45,805 bases of DNA from Macrostomum lignano. Lineage: Eukaryota. How positions within the stretch are numbered: position 1 is the first letter of the stretch; every line of letters begins with the position of its first letter. Location: contig NIVC01004443.1 in the NCBI GenBank assembly GCA_002269645.1, forward strand, positions 1-45,805. The letters are read 5' to 3'. The notes under the pieces are model-generated. The model was not told the DNA's origin. It ran no database searches and saw only the letters and a program-made list of their open reading frames with translations. Below, piece after piece: positions 37,801-45,805 of this stretch. The translations under genes and the position numbers were made by a program.

Positions 37801-39452
37801 ATTATGTGAGCGCCAGTCTTTGAATTTACCAAAAGTTTATCGAAGTGACTCCTGGCAGTTTCGTCCGAATGAACTTTATCCAGCAGCTTGCAGAGCACCA
37901 GAGCATCCAGCTTTGTTGCGTGCAGGCAGTTCAGACTGAGATTGTTGGTGGCTTCCACATCTACTCCCTTATTGACGAGCAGCTTGAATCGATTCAAAAG
38001 GTGCTGCTCGAAGCCATCATATGTTAATTTGCTCTGCATCAGCGAATGTAGCAAAGTGTTTCCTCCTATGTCGGTGCGGCAGAGCTCATCCGTTGTCATC
38101 TCTTCGATAATGTTCGTAATGTTTAGTCTCACTGGAGAAGTATTTTTTGCTGACTCTCCGCCCGAACCAGAATTGTCCATCACGTCGATCGCCAGGTGAA
38201 GCACCGATTGATTTTTGTTATTTAGTTTGCTTAAAGCTTCCTCCATATCAACTTCTTCACGAGAGAACATTGTCTCGAATAATTCACTTTTATCTGTTCT
38301 CTGTGCAGCAATGTGGAAGATTGTGTTGCCCTCTTTGTTGGCAGTCTGAAGGTTTTGGCCTTCTTTTATCTTAGTAAGCAGCACTCGAACAGTTTCAAAG
38401 CTGCAGTTTTCAACAGCGTAATGAAGAACTGTGGATTTGTGCTTGTTCTCATCCATGAGACAGTCGAGTTCAGTCGGTGAACTCTGACTCTGTTCAATGG
38501 CGGCTTCAACAGCTTTCAGAAGCACTGCATCTCTTTTTGGGCGTTGAGCGATCGCATGCAGACATGTGTTGCCCTGCTTGTCTTTCAATTTATACCAATT
38601 TGGCAGCGATTTTTTTAATAAGAGTTCAATAAGTTCGGTTGCTACTTTCTCGTTGTTGTGCCGAAGAGCCAAGTGTGGAACCGTTTCTCCCAGCTTGTTT
38701 GTAGGCTTTAACCAATGAATTTCGCTTTGTGATGAAGTCTTCATTCGTGACACAAACTTAATGGCATCGACTTTGTTTTTAGCAGCAAAATGACCCATGG
38801 TATTGCCATCAATATCTTCTCCGCCAAGAATGTCCTTTGAATTGCCTATTCCATGCACAATCTTCTCAATAACATCTTCTGTGCAATACTGAAGTACATG
38901 GTGCAACACTGTTGCATTTCTATTGTTTCTCCATTTCAAGCAAGCTTTAGAAGCTATTCTCGTCACTGCAAGCATCATTTGGCAGTCTTGAGAATTTTGA
39001 GCAGCCCAATGAGCGCAGGTGTCTCCGTTGGCGTCTTTCAACCTAAATAGGTTGACCTTTTTTACAGCTTTGAAGTTCTGTTCCCAAGACTTAGCTGAGT
39101 GATAGCGCGCTGACAGATGCAACGGAGTGATTTCGTCAACGTCAGGACTTGTGAGGCAGCCTGGTCCGAATCTCTCGATGAGTTCAGCGAGTGCAGCTTC
39201 TCCAAACTTGTTCATGGCTGCATAATGAGCGGCTGTTCTGCGATTGTCGTCACGTAGCAGCTGCAGAGTTGCACTTTCAGCAGTTAAAATTTTACTGACG
39301 TCACTGAATTGGCATTGATTTGCACGCAGATACAGTCTCTTGCTTGGATCTTTTTCAATTGCATCAAAGTCTATTCCCCAAACAGTCACGGTCCTTTTTA
39401 AAGTAGATACTTGTTTTGCGGCGCGCTGTAAACGTTTAAGTTTGTCCGCCAT
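34831..39452 (-). CDS. TRP-family cation channel, about 1470 aa: about 13-15 N-terminal ankyrin repeats plus a TRPM-like 6TM channel, TRP box and coiled coil; exons 39452-35505 and 35295-34831
   Basis: Open 3948-nt exon; phase-0 intron GAG|GTAAGT...TTTCAG|AAA. Ankyrin motifs (EITPLHLSA, GNTCLHAIA, GETCLHFAC). S1 SPLARFWIH, S4-S5 GPMINML, pore PFNLLFGN, S6 NVVMMNLLIALF, TRP domain VWRK...EY...LLPPPLSFL, C-terminal coiled coil. Confidence 0.92.
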
Positions 39453-39589
39453 GGAAGAGGCTTTAATGCTGCTGATTGACAGGTAAGGATCTGCAAATAA
39501 GTGTTAGAGAGTTTTTTAAAAACTGGTTAACAGCATTTATATTACAATAATTACGTTAAATTACTATTGCTCATAAATAACTTTTTTAT

Positions 39590-39870
39590 CTTAATAACAA
39601 TAACAATTGGTTACACAAGTCATTATTGGGCCAGATGTGCAACCGACAGCTCAGCCGCAGCTATTGCGCGGCGCATCTGAAGGCTGCGTACGGCTGTTCA
39701 GTCCAAAGGACTGGGGGGTCGCCACACACCCCTCAATTACCCCAGTTAATGCTGACACCCTTTTACAGCTGGATGAACTGGGAGGACGCAAATTGTTCCA
39801 GTGGGATCGGGGATCGAACCCCCGATTTCAAGTCGTGATTCCGACGCTCGAACTGCTAGGCTACAACCAC
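39590..39870 (-). mobile_element. tRNA-derived SINE (head 39801-39870, body and short ttattg-type tail)
   Basis: A-box TAGCCTAGCAG and B-box GGTTCGATCC; the head aligns by eye to the copy at 40563-40643. Confidence 0.65.
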
Positions 39871-40562
39871 TACCTAACTTTTTATCTTTGCTATTTTATT
39901 TAAAAAACTTGTGCCCGCAAACAAAAAGTCATCCAGTCTCCCAGCAGGTTTTCTGCTACAACTCAGCTGTTTATGACCTTTTAAAGTTCACACTCTTTAA
40001 CAGTAGGAATACCAAGCCACTAATTTTCCGCCTGTCGAGCTACCATGAGGGTGGGGTATTCCCCAGGGTAGTTTTCTTTGCTGCACTGGAACAAGGCAAC
40101 ACAGACACGAAATTTAAGAACACAGGCTAACTTTTTGTTGCACACCTTCTCCTCCATTTCGGTGCAGCAAAAATATCAAGGGGGGGGGGTTATTAAACAA
40201 CTGAGGTGTGACGCAAGCAATTTTTTTAAACTGCGGTTTTGTGTCTTTATATCTGATGTATTGAAGTTCTGAAAGTGAAACAAATACAACTTTTCAAAGC
40301 AATCTTACAAATGAAATCAAAGTACGTATTTAGACCCCAAGAGAACTGACGTCTAAGCGCTTGACCGTAGTTTATACGGGCTCGTACTCATTGGAACCGG
40401 TCTAACTTGATAGAGTCCTCCCTCTAGATTTTCTTAAGCCTCATCTCTCTCTTCCTCGTTTAAATTTCTACTTTTAAACAAATTCAATTGCGGTTCGGAG
40501 AAGTCCATGTCATGTACTAATGAGAACTCGCCGCTCGCATGGAGTGCTCACTTGTAACTGCT

Positions 40563-40643
40563 TTAGAGCGTCGTTAGAGTGTCGAACTCACGACTGACAG
40601 GCCGGGGGTTCGATTCTGGACCTACTAGAACAATTTGTGTACC
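40563..40643 (+). mobile_element. Second, truncated copy of the same SINE head (tRNA-Val(CAC)-like loop)
   Basis: Shares gtcg..tcacgact...gggggttcgat...ac.agaacaatttg with the 39801-39870 copy; CT-CAC-GA loop. Confidence 0.6.
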
Positions 40644-41399
40644 TAATGAACTATTGCCTTGTTGACTCTCTTTTGACGTATTAATAAACTTATGGAAATT
40701 ATTTACGCATTAAAAAGTTAATGGGGAAAGTTACATACGTTTCTTCGAGCCCGTACAATATTATAGCAAATATAAACAACTTTGTTTACTAACTTACTGA
40801 AACAATGTGAGTTTAAAAAATTCCTTTAGAGCTTCTGACGAGCAATTTTTTACTAGCAGCAGCGTTTACTGGTATAGCTTTATTTGCACCTGCTGTAGTT
40901 TTTATCTATTCACCAAAGCGAAACTTTGGTTGTAAATAGAATTTTGAAACTGCGGGTAGAGTTGAGTTGAACAGCTCGGGGTAGCTTATTGAGTCTTTTT
41001 AGCTCGCACAATACCCACTGCACTGACCCCATCACTGGCCTGGCGTCTAAAGCATTGTAACAAATTGGCTTTGACTCTATTTCTATATGAATGAGTTTTA
41101 CAAGAAAGTCTAAAAGATTCGAGAGACCCCAGCTCTAACTACTGTCCCTATTCAAGTTGTGTAACTCTTTCTGAAGTTTTTTTTATTGCAGGCGTAGCTA
41201 AAAGCAGCTCTGCTTTCTCATATTATTAGATAGATGAGACCCAGCAGAAAAATTCCATTGAGTTTCGAATTTTCCTGCGGAGAAAAAAAACAATAAAATG
41301 GCTGCTAATAAATAGCATCACTGGTTTTGGCCTGCAGTTTTGTAGTTGAAATATATGACCATTATAACAATAGGACAGCGAGCACAACAATGGGCAGGG

Positions 41400-43560
41400 G
41401 AGAGGAGGCAAATGAAGAGCAGTACGAGCCCAAGGCAAGCTGACATGGATCGACGGGCCGCTACCGCCTGTCGGTACCCGCTACCGCCGATCTGCGCCCA
41501 TCTCCCAGCAGTTTGATGCGGTCCACGCTCATCCCAGCATTGAAAACAAACGTCACTTCACAACGCGAGTGCGCAAAGAAGCTGGAAGCCTCCAGTCCGG
41601 TCTTGCAAAACAGGCGATGCAGGCGGTCGCGGATCCACCTCTGAGTCAGCGGCCGCCAAGATCGCGGCGCTGATGAAACTGAGAATATGGGGAGACTCTG
41701 AGACGCATCAGAAAGGCGATTCAGCTGCCAGTGATGTCGGAGCGCAGCCACAGGACACACTTCAAGAGCCGCTGCTGAGCTCGGGCAAATGACCGGGAGC
41801 TGGATGATGTGAACGCGCTCACCGAACTGCACTTTCTTTGAACGAGCTATATAGATGGTAACACCAGCACGGCTCAACTTGACGTCAGAGATCTTGAACT
41901 CGCTCGCCGAGTCACTAAATTTCTTTCGGGCGCACAGATTACCGAGGCGAAGCATGTCAGCCAGCCCGTGAGCACGAGAGCCCACAGGAGCCCGCAGAGC
42001 AGAATCTGCTGGTGAATGCGCATCAAATGCTCCGGTCGGAGCGGTTGCTTAGTGGCTGGGGTCCACGACTTGCTTCGATCCCGTCTAATTCAGTTTAGGA
42101 TGAGTGGCAAAATTAGAGCTGTACAACTTCGTCAAGACCGAGGCAGCGGCAATACCAGCTCAACGCTGGCAGATGAAGTTGAACACTGTTGAACGAAAGG
42201 TGAAAAGAGATGTCGGAGAGGCAGAGTACGAGAAGCTCCACCGTGGGCTGCTCAGGTCGTTCATTTAGCCCTTAACAGAAGCGACACCAGACTCGCCAGA
42301 CAGATGCGTAGGTCAGCCGCGTCGACTCCTTCAGAGACAAGTCGATCAGATGAGCCGCCTGCCCTCGAAGCCGCCGCACCGCAGGGTCAGGACCTGTAAA
42401 AGCAGAAAATGGGAGGCAGCAGAAACTAGCTTGTGGGAAGCAAATTCAGACGGGCATACTTGCACAGTGCCATAAAACCCATGCAAAAGTTAATGAGGCC
42501 AGTCCGAGAGTGAAGACGTGAAATAGAATCAGCATAAGTTTTGACACTAGCCCGGCACATGAAAGAACTTCAACACAACGTTGTTTGTGAAGCAGAAGGG
42601 ACCAACAGTCTGAAGCAAACGCAACAGCTTAGAGTCATTTAGAAGCAGCCTTGTTGAGAATGCAGACAGCTGGATCATTGTCAACGTAGCAAACAACCTT
42701 GCGCACTGGCTCAGCAGCGGCGAAGAGTGAGAAGTGGCAAGAGAGCTCATCAATCCGGCTGCTCCACGACGCCAGCGTTCCGTATCGAAACTCTATTAAA
42801 AGTCACTACCGTCAAATCGCATTTGATTTCAGTCTATCGATGAATATTATCCTCTGCTTTGTGGCAAAAGTCGACACCAAGCATGCCTATCGTTCCGTCC
42901 TGGCCGCTTTGTGGCAAAAGTCGATCAAGCATGCCTACCGCTACGTTGGAATTCACCCTTCCTGCTGCCCGCCGCCTGGTCTACAATGGAGATTCCAAGG
43001 AGCCGACCCGCCCTGCTACCTGGTTGACACCCGGCTGATGTTTGGGGCCGCTGCCTCCGTGTCCATCTTTCATAGAATTTTCCGGATTATGCAGCGGTCT
43101 GGCTTTAGCAATGTCGTTGGATAGTTGGACGACTTTGGTCTTGCCTTTGACAGTAGAGTCAAGTGTGAAGAGGCCTATGAGTTTTTAACTGGGCTTCTCC
43201 AGCGTCTTAGCTTCGGCATCAACTGGCAGAAGAGCAGCGTCCCAGCCCAGACCGTCACCTACCTCGGTGTAAAAATCGACACGAATAAGATCGATTTGAC
43301 TGTCAACCTTGTCCAGCGGATGAAGCTGAAGCCGCGGTTAACTAAGCGGGCGCTTCAAAAGCTGTGCGGCAAGATTCACTGGTGGTGCCAAGATGCTCCA
43401 CTCCTGGGTAGAAGTTTCTTGCGCAACCTTATTTCCAAGAGTCAACTAGCTCTCTAGCTCATCCTAGGCACGGCATCCGCATGGATTAGTCGCTGCGTGG
43501 CGAGCTGGAGTGGTGGTCTAATGGGACACCAATTAGTGGGAGACTAACTTGCTTGTAGCG
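41400..43560. mobile_element. Degenerate DIRS/Ngaro-type tyrosine-recombinase retrotransposon; RNase H and YR on the minus strand, RT on the plus strand
   Basis: Minus strand: RNase H (VCYVDNDPAVCILNK, HVPG..YADSISR; about 42510-42770), then TTTTACAG acceptor at 42394, then YR (SLKESTRLTYASVW, IRR, MLRLGNL, RSKKVQFG, CPVAAL, AHSR, IKLLGD; 42393-41461). Plus strand: RT (AKVDTKHAYR, RLMFGAAAS, *LDD, TYLGVKID, ELEWW; about 42820-43540). Confidence 0.9.
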
Positions 43561-43941
43561 ACGATCGTTTCCTACAAATACTAGCTCGTAATAAGCTTTT
43601 ATTCATTATGTGGTGTCTTGGAATGAATGAATTAATTACGGCAGATGCCCCAACGGCAGGCTTCATGCGTATGTCTGAAAATTCTAGGCTATATAAGATT
43701 CACCTGGGAAGCGGGATGGCAAAATCCCTGCAATTAATTAGCAAGTCAGAATTTCATGTAACGATCGAGGACCGCGCATTTTCCCAATGCCACCTGCGGC
43801 ATTTTATATCATTCTGATTTTCCCGCAGGATTCCGCCGATTTTATATAAATATTAGGCAAAAGCAACGCCAAGAGATTTAGCGAGACAAATTCCAGAAAA
43901 GCTGAGAGTATACTCTAAGAGATCGGATTCAAATCAAAGCA

Positions 43942-44952
43942 ATGAACGAATCTGATGTTTTAGAAGAGCTGCGCTCCGACAGCATCCAGTTGTACGAATG
44001 GAACCTACCGGCCAGCTATTCCCAGTTTTTTACGGCTGCTGGCTGCGCCTTGTGCAACATTCTGATCGCGCTAAACTGTTTCGCGTCGAAAACTTTGCGA
44101 CGCCGCTTCTACTACATTGTCATGGCGAATTTGGCCATTGCGGATGCATGGATTGGCGCAGCCTACATGTACGTCACTGGCCGACGTCTCAACGATTATT
44201 ACGTTGGCCAGGGCAACCTGAGAACTGAACTGCAATGCCTCACCGACATCGTGCCAATGACATTCGGTCTGGTAGCCTCGACGGTGTTCACTCTGGCGTT
44301 GTGTTGCGACAGGTGCGCTGTTCTGCTCCGGCCCCAGAAGTACATCGGGTACTCGCATCGCTGCGGAGCCCTGGTGATCCTGGCCGGTTGGTTGTACACC
44401 TGTGCCGACTCCGTGATAGCTCTGTCGCTGTCTATCGACCAGCTGGACAATGTGACGCCGATGTGCACCAATTCTGGTGTCTATGGCAACGCCTACAGCA
44501 TTTGGCTGCTGGTATCGACCATCACCTACAGCTGCTTGGCCTTGGGGCTCAGTTTGGCCTGTCTGTTCCGCGTGCTGCACCTGGTCAAGATCAATGCGGA
44601 TATTGGCGGTCGAACTGGCGAGCTTCTCGAGAGCGCCGGCACCATCGCCATTATTGCCGGACTGCTGGTCCTGACCCAGGTAGCGTCTCGCATTGGGTAC
44701 CTCTATCTTGCCCAGCTGCCTAAGCATTACCGTTCGCGCTTCGGCAACTTCATGCGCCTGCCTCAGATGCTCAGCTCCACTGTGAACCTGTTTGTGTACC
44801 TGGGCAGGTCCAGCATGTTTCGCCGGGAGTTCGTGGCCCTACTGCGGTGTATGCCTACACGCAGAGGAGAATTGGGCCAACCTGATGTGGTTGGCAGCGG
44901 GCAACGCGTAGCTCCCATCGATCCAGAGAGGAATGATATGACGTTGAATTAA
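43942..44952 (+). CDS. Intronless class A 7TM GPCR, 336 aa (divergent, Srsx/chemoreceptor-like orphan)
   Basis: Seven hydrophobic segments; TM2 NLAIAD, DRC at the DRY position, TM7 STVNLFVY, helix-8 FRREF; open ORF. Confidence 0.9.
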   Translation: MNESDVLEELRSDSIQLYEWNLPASYSQFFTAAGCALCNILIALNCFASKTLRRRFYYIVMANLAIADAWIGAAYMYVTGRRLNDYYVGQGNLRTELQCLTDIVPMTFGLVASTVFTLALCCDRCAVLLRPQKYIGYSHRCGALVILAGWLYTCADSVIALSLSIDQLDNVTPMCTNSGVYGNAYSIWLLVSTITYSCLALGLSLACLFRVLHLVKINADIGGRTGELLESAGTIAIIAGLLVLTQVASRIGYLYLAQLPKHYRSRFGNFMRLPQMLSSTVNLFVYLGRSSMFRREFVALLRCMPTRRGELGQPDVVGSGQRVAPIDPERNDMTLN

Positions 44953-45236
44953 TTTAAACAAACCTTTTGAATAGCAAAAGTTCACCAAAACGTGAATATT
45001 TTCTTCTCTTCATTTTAAAATCGGACTAAATGCTGTATGGCTTCTAAGGGTATTTTGTTATCAAGTGTTATAGAAGATGCAAAATAAATGGAAACTTGCA
45101 GTACTTGAGGAATATCATTTCATTGACTGATTGAAAATGAAATCGTCAGCGCAAATTGTCAGCGATTATACGATCGGTGCTATTCAATTCTATCTATTTT
45201 TTCAGTTAGTGATGGCAACTGTAAAACTTCGACGGA

Positions 45237-45318
45237 GCTAGAATGAGTGTCGATAGGGCTGTAATGAGTGTCGATGGGGCTGGAATGAGTGTCGATGGAG
45301 CTGGAATGAGTGTCGATG
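45237..45318. repeat. 21-bp tandem repeat (gctggaatgagtgtcgatggg), 4 copies
   Basis: Direct periodicity. Confidence 0.85.
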
Positions 45319-45805
45319 CACGCGTTTTTCAAGGCAGTAATTTACAACATATGTGGTCACACCACAAAGTAGAGTGGCTGCAGCAGCTGTTTTAGTAATG
45401 CAGTTTTAGCGCTACCAAAAGATGAAGATTATTGATTAAGTTGAGCGGCTGTTCAATTTAGTTCAATCGACTGGGGGCGATCGGTCTATTTAATAAAAAT
45501 AAAGTACAGTTAGTCTGGGGCTGAAACCGAAAGTTGGAGTTTGAGCCATAGACAACCTAGCTAGTGAGCACTCAAAAGAAAGTACTTTTATTAAATGCAG
45601 GGACAGTGGGGGACAAGCGAACACAGTCCATACGGTCAAGGGTCGCTTTCAAGCCCTAAATGTCACAACTTCGCAAGACACAAACTTTCATAAGCTCCAA
45701 ATTTCATAAGACCTGAAATATAGGTCTTATGAAAGGTTCTGGTTTCGACGTTGTGAAAATTAGGGTTTGTGAAACGACCTCGTCAAGCTGTAACAAGTCA
45801 GTTGT

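Noticed and set aside
21793-40643. Functional tRNA genes at 21793, 39801 and 40563
   Set aside because: Acceptor and anticodon stems do not pair properly; better explained as SINE heads or pseudogenes.
41461-43457. Native architecture with an antisense upstream recombinase (kangaroo-like)
   Set aside because: RNase H is on the same strand as, and directly upstream of, YR; only RT is flipped, which fits an inversion better.

Overview
Eukaryotic (metazoan) genomic DNA with GT-AG introns, GC-rich coding exons, AT-rich intergenic DNA and many minisatellites. The style suggests a free-living flatworm such as Macrostomum, but that is inference only. From left to right: (1) a minus-strand gene in which about 16 ankyrin repeats splice in frame onto a heavily frameshifted Mab-21/cGAS-like (cGLR) nucleotidyltransferase domain; (2) an orphan class A GPCR with a polyproline tail and one frameshift; (3) a block of minisatellites and a 1.1-kb polypurine tract; (4) an intact 3-exon LIS1 (406 aa) with minisatellite-filled introns; (5) more repeats and a possible Crypton relic; (6) a decayed fibrinogen-domain (FReD) gene next to a 3'-truncated Ty3/Gypsy element with its 5' LTR and PBS; (7) a secreted PAN-like/LamG-like protein; (8) an intact 2-exon, about 1470-aa channel combining an ankyrin array with a TRPM-like channel; (9) tRNA-derived SINE heads; (10) a decayed DIRS/Ngaro-type tyrosine-recombinase retrotransposon whose RT segment is inverted; (11) an intact single-exon class A GPCR. 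The best candidates for something new are the two ankyrin fusions (ANK-cGLR and ANK-TRPM-like). All domain calls come from motif recognition by eye; no database search was run. Many single-base indels could be long-read assembly errors rather than real lesions.
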